DNA from: a virus | IMG/VR virus record: IMGVR_UViG_3300031787_000068 | Span: 12,923-76,922 of that record | Length of the DNA stretch: 64,000 nucleotides | Direction: 5' to 3' (one strand) | Shown: positions 1 to 9,151 of the stretch, in pieces | Layout: each line of letters opens with the position of its first letter | Numbering within the stretch: the first letter of the stretch is position 1 | Translations under genes and position numbers: made by a program | The notes under the pieces: model-generated | What the model saw: the letters and a program-made list of their open reading frames with translations, nothing else | The model's database searches: none | Told to the model about the DNA's origin: nothing

Positions 1-309
1 CATTACGGCTTTAGTTAAATCTAGATTTAATCCTTTTAATTTAGATAAATTTATACTTCCAGAAAGAACTTCTCCTATTTGATATCCTCCTTCGTCAGAC
101 AGACCTATTTCGATCTCATTGTCGTATACTAAAATTTCATCCGAAACTGAAACAGTTTCTCCGTCTTTATCTTTTACCGTACACCCTTTTGCAAAGTCCA
201 TTCTAGCTCCTCCTTTACCATCACCTATTATCTTTGTGATGTCTATAAATTTATCAAACTTAGCTTCTTCGTTGATAAATTGTTCAAATAATTTGATGTG
301 TTTTACCAT
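1..309 (-). CDS. Hypothetical protein with CTS-like leader (3' end runs off the window; missing from the ORF track)
   Basis: Reverse complement from ATG at 309 reads MVKHIKLFEQFINEEAKFDKFIDITKIIGDGKGG... and stays open to position 1; GATATATA motif just upstream at 332-339. Confidence 0.8.
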   Translation of the reverse strand, partial: MVKHIKLFEQFINEEAKFDKFIDITKIIGDGKGGARMDFAKGCTVKDKDGETVSVSDEILVYDNEIEIGLSDEGGYQIGEVLSGSINLSKLKGLNLDLTKAVM

Positions 310-331
310 TTTTTTTAATTTTTATTTATCC

Positions 332-339
332 TATATATC
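332..339 (-). promoter_or_regulatory. Putative late promoter GATATATA
   Basis: Motif recurs a short distance upstream of many starts in this window. Confidence 0.65.
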
Positions 340-341
340 AC

Positions 342-380
342 AAAAAAAATCAGAATTCTTAAATTCTGATTTTTTTTTTT
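342..380. terminator. Intrinsic terminator (possibly bidirectional)
   Basis: ATCAGAATT-ctta-AATTCTGAT hairpin flanked by A and T runs, just downstream of ORF 398-787(-). Confidence 0.65.
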
Positions 381-397
381 AAATTTTTATTTATTAT

Positions 398-787
398 TTA
401 TACCTGTGCGGGTTTTATCAAATCATACATAGCTGCACTCATAGGGAATTTTTTGTCGTTTTTGAAATAGGTTTTTCCCCAATAAAAAGCATAATAAATA
501 ACTTCTGAATTTTTAAGTATTCTATCTTTTCCGTTATCTTTAAATTTTATTGTTGAATTTTTTTTAAGAAATTCAGTGGCAGTGGAAACAGTTCTTTTAT
601 ATTTAGGATTAGCTACATTCATTGATGCCATTAGTGCTGAATATTCTGACCATTTATTACATACATCAGACCAGGATGTATCCATCTGGGGTTTAGAAAA
701 ATCCATATCGAATAAAGATGATTCCTGAATTTCATTATACTCAGAGTTATTTCCTGAATATTCCTGAATAGATTTAATATTTTTCAT
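398..787 (-). CDS. Hypothetical protein, CTS-like leader
   Basis: 129 aa ORF starting MKNIKSIQEY...EIQES; GATATATA upstream at 810-817(-). Confidence 0.7.
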   Translation of the reverse strand: MKNIKSIQEYSGNNSEYNEIQESSLFDMDFSKPQMDTSWSDVCNKWSEYSALMASMNVANPKYKRTVSTATEFLKKNSTIKFKDNGKDRILKNSEVIYYAFYWGKTYFKNDKKFPMSAAMYDLIKPAQV

Positions 788-809
788 TTATAATTTTTTT
801 AATTTATCT

Positions 810-817
810 TATATATC
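810..817 (-). promoter_or_regulatory. Putative late promoter GATATATA
   Basis: Exact motif upstream of ATG 787. Confidence 0.65.
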
Positions 818-849
818 AAAAAAAACCAGGATTTTTTGAATCCTGGTTT
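818..849 (-). terminator. Intrinsic terminator of the methyltransferase gene
   Basis: AAACCAGGATT-ttttg-AATCCTGGTTT stem, followed on the minus strand by a T run. Confidence 0.7.
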
Positions 850-870
850 ATCTATAATTTATTTAATCTA

Positions 871-1878
871 TTATTTTAATTTCTTTCTTAAAATAACCCC
901 TGCTTGATAGGAAGGAACCGGAACACCTGGATACATTTTAGGGTAAGTTCTCATGAATAGTGTTTCTGGAATATGTCTGTGCATATAAAGACCGTAATAT
1001 TCCATATCTGGATTATTCTTAAGTACTTCATCCATAATCATAGAAGATAGTAAATAAGGTTTTTTATTCTGGATCATATCCTTAATCAAGGTAACGAAGT
1101 ATCCACCTGGCTTTAAAAATTCAATACCTTGAGTGTACATTCCATTAACAAGATCCCAATACTCACTTCCTTTAGTTAGTCCAATATTGTTAGGATGCTC
1201 ATAATCGAAAGTCTTATCATTTATAGATCCATCCGGATTTTTAGCCATTCCTCTTTGTGGTGCATCTGAGGATTTCCCACTGATTTTAGGGTATGGAGTA
1301 CCATTAACGATTAGTGATAATTGTCCTCTTTTGATCCCTGCACTTTCTAAATTCTGAGTTGTGTTTCTAGCATCCCCTTGAATTAGTTTAGCTACGACAT
1401 CAGTTCTTTCCGTTTGTGCTGCAATATTGTTATAAGCAATCTGGGGATACTCTAACTCAACTCCGATTGAATTTCTACCGTTATTATATGATTCAACTAA
1501 AGTTGTTCCTGTGCCACATGTGGGGTCAAATACCCAATCACCCGGCTGAGTTAAATTGTGTACCGCCCATCTATATCCCTGCCAATGTCCTGGACACAAA
1601 TGTTTGTCCTCTTGTCTAGGATAATATTTATATCTAGCAGATTGTGAATAATACTTATCCCTCTGTGTATCGTAGATTTCCCCTAGAAAATTTTGAGTGT
1701 AATCTGTTGTGTGGTAATCGGAAGGGAGCTCTTTTCTCACCAAAAGTTCTTCGGTCGGACTTATGTCATTTCTGTAAACACTTTTGTCCTTAGGATCTTT
1801 TTTTACTTTTTCTTTAACCTCTTGAACTTCTTTTTTCTTGGTTTTGTCCTCGAAAGGAACCTGTTGCATTTCGATCAT
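871..1878 (-). CDS. SAM-dependent amino (N4-C/N6-A) DNA methyltransferase-like protein, circularly permuted
   Basis: Motif I GDWVFDPTCGTGTTL...SIGVEL, then LIQGDAR and a motif IV-like LIVNGTPY, then LKPGGYFV. Confidence 0.8.
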   Translation of the reverse strand: MIEMQQVPFEDKTKKKEVQEVKEKVKKDPKDKSVYRNDISPTEELLVRKELPSDYHTTDYTQNFLGEIYDTQRDKYYSQSARYKYYPRQEDKHLCPGHWQGYRWAVHNLTQPGDWVFDPTCGTGTTLVESYNNGRNSIGVELEYPQIAYNNIAAQTERTDVVAKLIQGDARNTTQNLESAGIKRGQLSLIVNGTPYPKISGKSSDAPQRGMAKNPDGSINDKTFDYEHPNNIGLTKGSEYWDLVNGMYTQGIEFLKPGGYFVTLIKDMIQNKKPYLLSSMIMDEVLKNNPDMEYYGLYMHRHIPETLFMRTYPKMYPGVPVPSYQAGVILRKKLK

Positions 1879-1906
1879 TTCTTAAAATTTAAATAATAAT
1901 ATGATT

Positions 1907-1935
1907 TTTATACATCTTTTATTTCTAAAAATTTC
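1907..1935 (-). promoter_or_regulatory. Putative early/middle promoter GAAAT-N18-TATAAA
   Basis: Same bipartite motif and 18-nt spacer at 4460, 50729 and 62274. Confidence 0.6.
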
Positions 1936-1937
1936 GG

Positions 1938-1945
1938 GATATATA
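1938..1945 (+). promoter_or_regulatory. Putative late promoter GATATATA
   Basis: About 20 nt upstream of ATG 1965. Confidence 0.65.
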
Positions 1946-1964
1946 GTAAAAATAAAAATTTTTA

Positions 1965-3038
1965 ATGAAAAATCTGGAAAAATTTTCAAATTGGGATTTA
2001 AACGAATCTTATTCTTCTTCTAGCTTTAAATGGGTATCTCCCCCTAAGAATATAACATTCCCCCAGAAATCGGCTATAGAGGGTAAGATGTCTATACACG
2101 GAATAGATCTTAAAGAAAATTTAAATTTTTCTTGCACCGGAAAAGCCTGGGAATCTCTAAAAAATAGAATGGCCAAAAGCAAAATACCTTTTAAAATAAT
2201 AAATCCAGCTAAAGGATCTAATCAATTTATAAAATCTGGGGAAAAAATAATTTATTCGGACCAAAGGCCTTTGATATCTAAAAATATAGAAAATGAAAAA
2301 GTTTTAGGGTATTACCCTTCTTCTTATAAAGGAGAAGCTCTAGAAGAATCTTGGGTTGTTGGGGTTTGGGAAAACGAATCAGGTAAAAAATATTTAAAGG
2401 AAATGTCCCTAAAAAATTTTTTAACTAGAAGTACTAAGGATATAATCAAGAAAGATTTTTTAGGAACTTCTTCGGTCAAGCTGGACGAATCTCTACAGGC
2501 TAAGATAAACAAAAAAGACTATTGGACCCTTATTACCATAATAGCTTGTGAAAATTACATAGATCAATCCCAAGGAATGGCAGATGTTGCTCAGTCTATA
2601 TACAATAGATACCACGTAAAAGGAAAACCTTACGGAAAAACAATAGCAGATATAATATTAACAAAAGGACAATATTCTCCTGTAACAAAGGGACTTAAAA
2701 AAGGAGCAGATTGGAAAAATATAACAGATAGGAATAAAGCTATAAATGTTTATATGAAAAGCATGGGAATGAATCTTGCTAATTCCACCAAAGCAATAGA
2801 TCAAGCGGTAAAAGCCCAAGCTAACAAATCTCTTGTAGATAAAGCAAAATCCCACGTTAAGACGAGAACAGAATTTTTAGCTGATAAACCTAAGGGTTCT
2901 TCCGCTGCTAGCCCGGTAGAAAGAGATTCCAAAAACAAAAATAATTCTTTTTTCTGGAATTATGCGGGGAAAACTAACTATTATTCTAAAAATGATTTTA
3001 AAGCAAGATCGATTCCTTCGGAAGTTAAAATTGCTTAA
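1965..3038 (+). CDS. Cell wall hydrolase (SleB/Hydrolase_2-like C-terminal domain) with CTS-like leader
   Basis: TLITIIACEN...GMADVAQSIYNR...YGKTIADIILTKGQYSPV matches the SleB-type lytic transglycosylase pattern; N-terminus MKNLEKFSNWDLNES. Confidence 0.75.
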   Translation: MKNLEKFSNWDLNESYSSSSFKWVSPPKNITFPQKSAIEGKMSIHGIDLKENLNFSCTGKAWESLKNRMAKSKIPFKIINPAKGSNQFIKSGEKIIYSDQRPLISKNIENEKVLGYYPSSYKGEALEESWVVGVWENESGKKYLKEMSLKNFLTRSTKDIIKKDFLGTSSVKLDESLQAKINKKDYWTLITIIACENYIDQSQGMADVAQSIYNRYHVKGKPYGKTIADIILTKGQYSPVTKGLKKGADWKNITDRNKAINVYMKSMGMNLANSTKAIDQAVKAQANKSLVDKAKSHVKTRTEFLADKPKGSSAASPVERDSKNKNNSFFWNYAGKTNYYSKNDFKARSIPSEVKIA

Positions 3039-3050
3039 GATATATAAATA
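3039..3050 (+). promoter_or_regulatory. Putative late promoter GATATATAAATA (contains the T4 late consensus TATAAATA)
   Basis: Directly upstream of ATG 3061. Confidence 0.7.
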
Positions 3051-3060
3051 AAAAAAATCA

Positions 3061-3501
3061 ATGTCAAGGATATACGATTACGGATCTTTTTCGAGTAATA
3101 AATCTAAATTTTCTGATACTAGAAATAAATTTGGGTATGAGATGTCTCTAGTTGACATAGATATAATAGGAAAGCCTAAAGAATTTAGAGATATAACCGA
3201 AGCTAAAGTTTTTATAGAATATTCAACTGAAATACTTTCCAATAAAAGAGGACTAGAAGGAGTTAATTTTTCCGTGGATTCTATAGAATTGATTATGAAG
3301 ATAGAGACTTCTACAGGAAAAGAAGATGAGATAGATTTTGATTTAATCCCAGGAAAAACTATAGACTACGGACAGGTGAAATATTCTGTTAATGATTTTC
3401 CTATACCTTCTTATCCAGAAAGAATAGAAATAAATATGAACGGATTTACGGATCCTTCTAGATTTGATGTAATGGTTTATTTTGGAACTAATTACCCATG
3501 A
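3061..3501 (+). CDS. Hypothetical protein
   Basis: 146 aa ORF, stop overlaps next start (ATGA). Confidence 0.7.
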   Translation: MSRIYDYGSFSSNKSKFSDTRNKFGYEMSLVDIDIIGKPKEFRDITEAKVFIEYSTEILSNKRGLEGVNFSVDSIELIMKIETSTGKEDEIDFDLIPGKTIDYGQVKYSVNDFPIPSYPERIEINMNGFTDPSRFDVMVYFGTNYP

Positions 3502-4460
3502 GAGAAATATTAAATTATGAAAATTTTAGTCCATTACACGAATCTAAAAAGTATGAAAATTTAAGATCCGTCACTAAGACTTGGGGAGGAGATTATATTT
3601 TGGACGTGGTAGACTACCAAAAAAATGGAACTTCTCCTTTAAAGGGAAATCTTCTTGTAGCAAAAGACAGCGGAAAAGCTGTTGCCCTCACCTATCTTGA
3701 TTCGGACGGAAGAGAAGCTAAATACCTATGGATTCCTTATTTTGGAGCATACATAAATAGAAATACAAGAGGAGGAATAGGGTCCATCAAGATATCTCAA
3801 TATAAAAATTGGTTGTCTCAGAACCAATCAAACCTAGAGGAATTTTTAGATGGATTTGAAGATTCCATAGAAAAAGAAAAAGGGGAAAAAGAAAAAACCG
3901 TAAGCTTACAAGCTCAAAGAGATTTAGACCTTATATTAGATATGTATGGAATAAATTCCAATATTAAAAAATTCGAAAAAGGAGATAGAGAAAATGAGTG
4001 GAGATCTGAATTGGAGAATGGATTTGTAGTTATAATAAAAAAGAGATCTGCGGAAGACCTAGTTGGGGAATTTAGGATATACCCCAAAAAAGATTCGGAA
4101 ATCCCCTACATAGAAATAAACACGGAAAAAAACTCAGAAGGATTTAACTTTAGAAGACCGGGGGAAGACAGGATCGTAAGGAAAATATCAATGGTAGACC
4201 TTAAAAAAGACCCAGTTGCTAACTATCTATTCAAAAAAATATCGGGAATACAAGAATACGAAGATGAAAAATCCCTATTGGAGTATTTTGAATCTATTAT
4301 TAAATCGGAAGATACTAGTTATTATATGTCAGACGATCCTAGATCTTATAGCAGAGGAGAATCCCAAAGAAAAGAAATAGATTTAGTCTCTAGTCTTCTG
4401 GAAGACTTTTTAACTTCCAAAAAAATAGAAGATATCTACACCAAAAATAGAAAAAAATAG
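3498..4460 (+). CDS. Hypothetical protein, CTS-like leader
   Basis: 320 aa ORF; N-terminus MREILNYENFSPLHES. Confidence 0.75.
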   Translation: MREILNYENFSPLHESKKYENLRSVTKTWGGDYILDVVDYQKNGTSPLKGNLLVAKDSGKAVALTYLDSDGREAKYLWIPYFGAYINRNTRGGIGSIKISQYKNWLSQNQSNLEEFLDGFEDSIEKEKGEKEKTVSLQAQRDLDLILDMYGINSNIKKFEKGDRENEWRSELENGFVVIIKKRSAEDLVGEFRIYPKKDSEIPYIEINTEKNSEGFNFRRPGEDRIVRKISMVDLKKDPVANYLFKKISGIQEYEDEKSLLEYFESIIKSEDTSYYMSDDPRSYSRGESQRKEIDLVSSLLEDFLTSKKIEDIYTKNRKK

Positions 4461-4488
4461 AAACTTTTCCCTTCTATTTTTCTATTAT
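4460..4488 (+). promoter_or_regulatory. Putative early/middle promoter GAAAC-N18-TATTAT
   Basis: Variant of the bipartite motif, 5 nt before ATG 4494. Confidence 0.45.
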
Positions 4489-4493
4489 CTTAG

Positions 4494-4781
4494 ATGAAAA
4501 TTGATGAATCTTTTGTCCTAAATAAAGGAGAAACCCTAATCTTAAAAAAGAAAGGCGGTTTTACATATTTAGAATTTACTAGAAGGAACGAAAAACACCT
4601 CAATGACATTATAGAATTGGAATATAGAAATTCCAGGAGCAAGAAAAAAGATCCTTCGGTTTGGATAATAGAAAAAGATTTTATTAATAGAATTTCTTAT
4701 GAGATTAATTCATGCGGATTCGAATTCCATAAGATAGTTAAAGTAGAAAAACCAAATAAAAAGGATCAAAATGATTCATGA
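4494..4781 (+). CDS. Hypothetical protein
   Basis: 95 aa ORF in a tightly packed operon. Confidence 0.65.
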   Translation: MKIDESFVLNKGETLILKKKGGFTYLEFTRRNEKHLNDIIELEYRNSRSKKKDPSVWIIEKDFINRISYEINSCGFEFHKIVKVEKPNKKDQNDS

Positions 4782-5416
4782 TGAGAAAATTAATTTCTTT
4801 ATTCAAAAATAAAAAAAAAGACCCAAAGATGGAAACTAAGGAGAAAAATTTAGACGATTTAAGATTAAAGTACCAGGGAATGATGTTTGAATGGATTAAA
4901 GGGGATTTATCGGGATCCACTAATCTATTCAAGGAAGTCAGACAGACCGGAGAAAATTTTTTCATAGAATTCATGGAAGGAGGTAGAATAAATGAGGATC
5001 TTGTGGAAGAATATACTCTTTTTTATCCGGCTCCTCAAATAAATACCAATCAAATTCAAGTGGCTCCTCAAAAATCCTCCACGGTAACTTCTATAGTTTA
5101 TGGAGGACCTAATCAAAATCACAGCGACTTTGATTCTCCTATTTACAATCTCTTAAGGAAGCAGAAAAAAAATATGGTAGAGGTTTCAATTAAAATTGAA
5201 TTAAATCTTCCTTCTAAAGAGCTCTATGGAGTTTTATCTTCTTCTTTTGAAGATGCTGAAAATGAAATTATAAAATTTGTAATTGACGGAGTAGATATAG
5301 AAGATATTAAAAAATCTCTTTCCGAGTCGATAAGAAGAAATTATTATTCCCCTAATACTTCCCCTGAAAAAAATTCCATAAAAAAGATAAATAAGGAAAA
5401 AGATACTAATGAGTAA
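4778..5416 (+). CDS. Hypothetical protein
   Basis: 212 aa ORF overlapping both neighbours. Confidence 0.7.
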   Translation: MMRKLISLFKNKKKDPKMETKEKNLDDLRLKYQGMMFEWIKGDLSGSTNLFKEVRQTGENFFIEFMEGGRINEDLVEEYTLFYPAPQINTNQIQVAPQKSSTVTSIVYGGPNQNHSDFDSPIYNLLRKQKKNMVEVSIKIELNLPSKELYGVLSSSFEDAENEIIKFVIDGVDIEDIKKSLSESIRRNYYSPNTSPEKNSIKKINKEKDTNE

Positions 5417-5993
5417 CGAAGAAAAAATACTATACAGTTCCGAAAGGTTCGATTTGGTAGATTTGGGGGAAAATACCGGGATAAGAACCAAATTGGATTC
5501 CGTTTTAATTCTTCCTTTTACCTCCGACGATAGAGGAATACCCCTTATGTTAGGAGTATTAAACGAAAGAAATTTATTTAGAAGTGGAGGGTATGCTTTA
5601 TCCGTGATATCAGGGAGTCCAGAAGACGAGGATCCCAATATTCTTTCAACAGCCCAAAGAGAACTTCTGGAAGAGACTGGATTCGATGTACAAGACGAGG
5701 AAAGATGGTATTTTATCGGAACATTAACAGGTAGTAAATTTGTAGATTCTGTTCACCCTTGCTTTGCTGTTGACGTCACTGGAATAGATCCCGGAGAACC
5801 TAAGACCGATGGGTCCGAACAGGAAAAACTTTCAAAATTTACATTAATCCCCGCTAATGATATTATATCTATAGAAGATCCTTTTATTTCTGCTTTGTTT
5901 CTTAGAATTTTTAAATATGTAGTTGGAATAGACATATATAATAGGGAGGATTCTATATTTTCCAAAAAGAAAGAAATAAACACTGAAATTTAA
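5409..5993 (+). CDS. Nudix hydrolase
   Basis: Nudix box GSPEDEDPNILSTAQRELLEETGF. Confidence 0.85.
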   Translation: MSNEEKILYSSERFDLVDLGENTGIRTKLDSVLILPFTSDDRGIPLMLGVLNERNLFRSGGYALSVISGSPEDEDPNILSTAQRELLEETGFDVQDEERWYFIGTLTGSKFVDSVHPCFAVDVTGIDPGEPKTDGSEQEKLSKFTLIPANDIISIEDPFISALFLRIFKYVVGIDIYNREDSIFSKKKEINTEI

Positions 5994-5997
5994 TAAA

Positions 5998-6291
5998 ATG
6001 AATAGAGCACAAAGAAGAAGAATGCTTAAAGATGCAGGTTTGTTGGGAAAACAAGCAGAGAAAAAAGGAATAAAAATAGATAAAAGAGAATTGAACTCCC
6101 TTATAAAATCAGGGGAAGATAAAAGAAGATCAGATCTCCAAAATATAAAAAATAAAAATATATTAGAAGGAAAAGGAGAAAAGAATACTTCAGAGGAGTA
6201 TATCCAATTTGTTACTTATCCTACCGATTCTTACAGCGGGTTATCTGAATTTTTAACAAATCCCGACTGGGAGGACACAGGAAACGATTAA
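5998..6291 (+). CDS. Hypothetical protein
   Basis: 97 aa; begins MNRAQRR, a common phage small-protein start. Confidence 0.7.
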   Translation: MNRAQRRRMLKDAGLLGKQAEKKGIKIDKRELNSLIKSGEDKRRSDLQNIKNKNILEGKGEKNTSEEYIQFVTYPTDSYSGLSEFLTNPDWEDTGND

Positions 6292-6635
6292 TGGAAGCTA
6301 TCATGTCGGAAACTAAAAGCTTGGTTTTTTATATTTCTAAATATACCCCAAAAGAATCCAAGAAAAGAATAGAAGATCCCTTAGACCTTTATATAGTAGA
6401 CATTTCAAAAATAATAAAAGATTTAGGGTACGATACTAAAAATTTATCTCTACAATCTGAATTTATACTAAATTATTCAATTCACAAAAAAATTATTCAT
6501 GGAATATATAATAGTAAATGCGAGGGTATTCTCATTTGCTACAGGGGTAATTCTCCAGATTTTGTGGATAATTTAATTTCATTTATCGAAGAATTACAAG
6601 AACCAATAGAATACTCCTTCAATTTTATAAATTAA
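6291..6635 (+). CDS. Hypothetical protein
   Basis: 114 aa ORF, translationally coupled to the previous gene. Confidence 0.65.
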   Translation: MEAIMSETKSLVFYISKYTPKESKKRIEDPLDLYIVDISKIIKDLGYDTKNLSLQSEFILNYSIHKKIIHGIYNSKCEGILICYRGNSPDFVDNLISFIEELQEPIEYSFNFIN

Positions 6636-6647
6636 AATTAGAGGTTT

Positions 6648-8555
6648 ATGTATTACTATGATGTAAATGATCCAACTACTTCGACCAACGGTGGGCAGGT
6701 CCTTGCAGGAACACCTATTCAGGAGCAGGCTTTAAATTCTAATGCATCTTCCATAGTAAAAAGATATAGTAATATAGGGGGGGATAATCCAGCAAAATCG
6801 GAACATCCTCTTCCCAGAAGTCTCTTCTACGACGGAGCAAAATTAGATCCGGATTCGAAACAGGCAGAAAAGTATGGACTTTTTATGTTCTATTCTTTTG
6901 GTGGAGGACAAAATAATTTTTTGGACCAATATTATCTATCGGAAAGATCTGAATATAATAGATTAATATCTACCCCGGCTTCTAAGAATCCAACGGCATT
7001 TCAACTTGTAAAAGACACATCTCAATATAGCCCTCTTCTTCTTTCTACTGGAAATAGCACTACCGAGGGAAGTCCTATAAAAGGAGGTTTACATGCACCC
7101 TACTACTGGAAAGACTTTATATATTGTAAATATTACGGAACAATACCAAATAACAGGCTGATAACTTTAAGGAGATTTAGTTCTCCAGTATTAGATAATT
7201 TCTCCCTTCCCCCTGGCTTAAAAACTCCCGAAAATCAAAAATTGGGAGTTGGTATGCCGGTTGCTCAAGCAGTTACATGGTTTGGGGGAAATAGCGGAAA
7301 TAGATTATCAGATCTTATCGGGTTTTCAACAGGATTAGCGTGGGGTACCGAGAATATTAACGAGGAGAGGATTCAACAAGCTTTTGGTGACGGTCTACTA
7401 AATTCAACCGCATTTAAAACTCTAACGAGTTTAACTACAGCTTTTTCCGCGACTAATACAGGGAATGAATCCGACGAAGATTTTACTATTGGAGCAGAAG
7501 CTATAGCAACTTCTCTAAGCGCTGCTGGAGACGATCTAACAAAAAGTAGATATTTTAGAGCATTCTATGACGCTATAAAAGAGGACTCTGATGGAAGATT
7601 CGGAATTCTTTCGGAAAGAATTTGGGTTCCTGTAGATGTGATAAAAAATACATCATATAGAACTTTTGGACTTGAATTTACGTGGACTGATTTGGTTCTT
7701 AAATTTACTTACGATTTAACTTCGGCAGGAGAAGTTAATACTAAAGCTGCTATGTTTGATATATTGGGAAATCTACTCTCTATAGGAACAAATTATGGTA
7801 ATTTTTTAGCTCCTTATATAAGATACGATTCGAAATATTCTGCTTTAACCTTTCCTGGAGGAGACGATGGTGCTAGAGATTTTAATACAGATCCTGCAAA
7901 ATTCATTTCGGATAATTTAAGTAAACTATTGGTATCTGACAATTCTTCTTCTAGAACAATAGGGGGGAGTGAAATTAATAAAAGTGAACTTGAAGATTTT
8001 AAGACACAGCTACAAGAGCTATCCAAGCAGTTTAAAGAGGGAACAGTTACTTTCGAAGAAGGAGGACTTTTTGATAGGATTATAAAGGGAATAAAATCTG
8101 GACTAGGAAAACAGGCCGCCGAAGATTGGCAAGCCCCTTTATCTCTTTATACCGGAGCTGCAATAGGGGAATGGCACGTTGTTTTGGGAAATCCATACAA
8201 TCCTATCGCAATGATAGGGAATTTGATTTGTACTGATGTTAGTATAGATTTTGGGGATTCCTTAGGACCCGACGATTTCCCGAATACTTTAGAAGCATCT
8301 ATTACCCTTCAACACGCAAGACCAAGAGAAAGAGGAGAAATAGAAAGCATATTTAATCAGGGAGATGGGCGTCTTTACCAAAATGTTAAATCTACTACAG
8401 CAAATGCACAAACTTACAACGCCACAGTAGATCTTGCAGGCCAGGTATTTACCCAGAGAAGTGTAAACTCGTTCTTCTCTCCAGAAAATGGTGGAGTCGC
8501 TGGAAGTGGGTCTCCTACCACATTCGGTGATATTGAGCTAGGAGAAAGAGAATAA
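6648..8555 (+). CDS. Putative baseplate/tail-tube associated structural protein
   Basis: 635 aa; directly precedes the gp53-like gene; C-terminal beta-rich tube-like segment (IGNLICTDVSIDFGDSLGPDDFPNTLEASITL). Function inferred from context. Confidence 0.55.
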   Translation: MYYYDVNDPTTSTNGGQVLAGTPIQEQALNSNASSIVKRYSNIGGDNPAKSEHPLPRSLFYDGAKLDPDSKQAEKYGLFMFYSFGGGQNNFLDQYYLSERSEYNRLISTPASKNPTAFQLVKDTSQYSPLLLSTGNSTTEGSPIKGGLHAPYYWKDFIYCKYYGTIPNNRLITLRRFSSPVLDNFSLPPGLKTPENQKLGVGMPVAQAVTWFGGNSGNRLSDLIGFSTGLAWGTENINEERIQQAFGDGLLNSTAFKTLTSLTTAFSATNTGNESDEDFTIGAEAIATSLSAAGDDLTKSRYFRAFYDAIKEDSDGRFGILSERIWVPVDVIKNTSYRTFGLEFTWTDLVLKFTYDLTSAGEVNTKAAMFDILGNLLSIGTNYGNFLAPYIRYDSKYSALTFPGGDDGARDFNTDPAKFISDNLSKLLVSDNSSSRTIGGSEINKSELEDFKTQLQELSKQFKEGTVTFEEGGLFDRIIKGIKSGLGKQAAEDWQAPLSLYTGAAIGEWHVVLGNPYNPIAMIGNLICTDVSIDFGDSLGPDDFPNTLEASITLQHARPRERGEIESIFNQGDGRLYQNVKSTTANAQTYNATVDLAGQVFTQRSVNSFFSPENGGVAGSGSPTTFGDIELGERE

Positions 8556-8565
8556 AAATAAAATT

Positions 8566-9150
8566 ATGTTAAATATAGACACACTATCAGTAAATAAAAG
8601 GATTTTCAATCCCAACCCCGAAGATCAATCAAATTCTTTTGGAATATGGGATTTGACTCAATCCTCTGTAAATTACGAGATAAATAAATTGAATGCCAGA
8701 AAATTCTATAAAGTTACCTCTGATCTAGTTATGAGGCCCGATCTCATATCTCTCTATAATATAGGGGATCCTGAGTATTGCGGATCTCTAATGAAAATAA
8801 ATGGAATTTCTAATCCTTTTTCCATAGATGAAGGGAGAATACTAATTATACTATCTAGGGATGTAATAAAAAAGACGTACGAAATAAAAACCAAGGAATT
8901 ATCTCAGTCATCAAATTCCTCTAGTAGCAATTCTTTGGACAATCTCAAGAAAGCTCAGGAAGATAAAATATTTAAAGTTAGCGAGGGGAGAAAAAATTTC
9001 CTTGAGAAATCAATTAAAAATAAACCCGTTGCTGTACTTCCTCCTAACGTTTCTCAGCCGGGAGATCGTAAATTCTCTAGAAAAGGATCGGTATTTACTT
9101 TTGCCCCGGATTCCGGAAGAGGAGGATTTAATAAACCTACAAAGAAATAA
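8566..9150 (+). CDS. Baseplate wedge protein, T4 gp53-like (LysM-like)
   Basis: YKVTSDLVMRPDLISLYNIGDPEYCGSLMKINGISNPFSI. Confidence 0.75.
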   Translation: MLNIDTLSVNKRIFNPNPEDQSNSFGIWDLTQSSVNYEINKLNARKFYKVTSDLVMRPDLISLYNIGDPEYCGSLMKINGISNPFSIDEGRILIILSRDVIKKTYEIKTKELSQSSNSSSSNSLDNLKKAQEDKIFKVSEGRKNFLEKSIKNKPVAVLPPNVSQPGDRKFSRKGSVFTFAPDSGRGGFNKPTKK

Positions 9151-9151
9151 T

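Noticed and set aside
119-382. 87-aa plus-strand ORF
   Set aside because: Antisense to a better minus-strand gene (309 to <1) that has a leader motif and promoter
9002-9151. Long overlap of the hub ORF with the gp53-like gene (likewise 43494-43589 with fibre 2)
   Set aside because: Better starts exist just after the upstream stops (GTG 9152, ATG 43590); the extensions look non-coding
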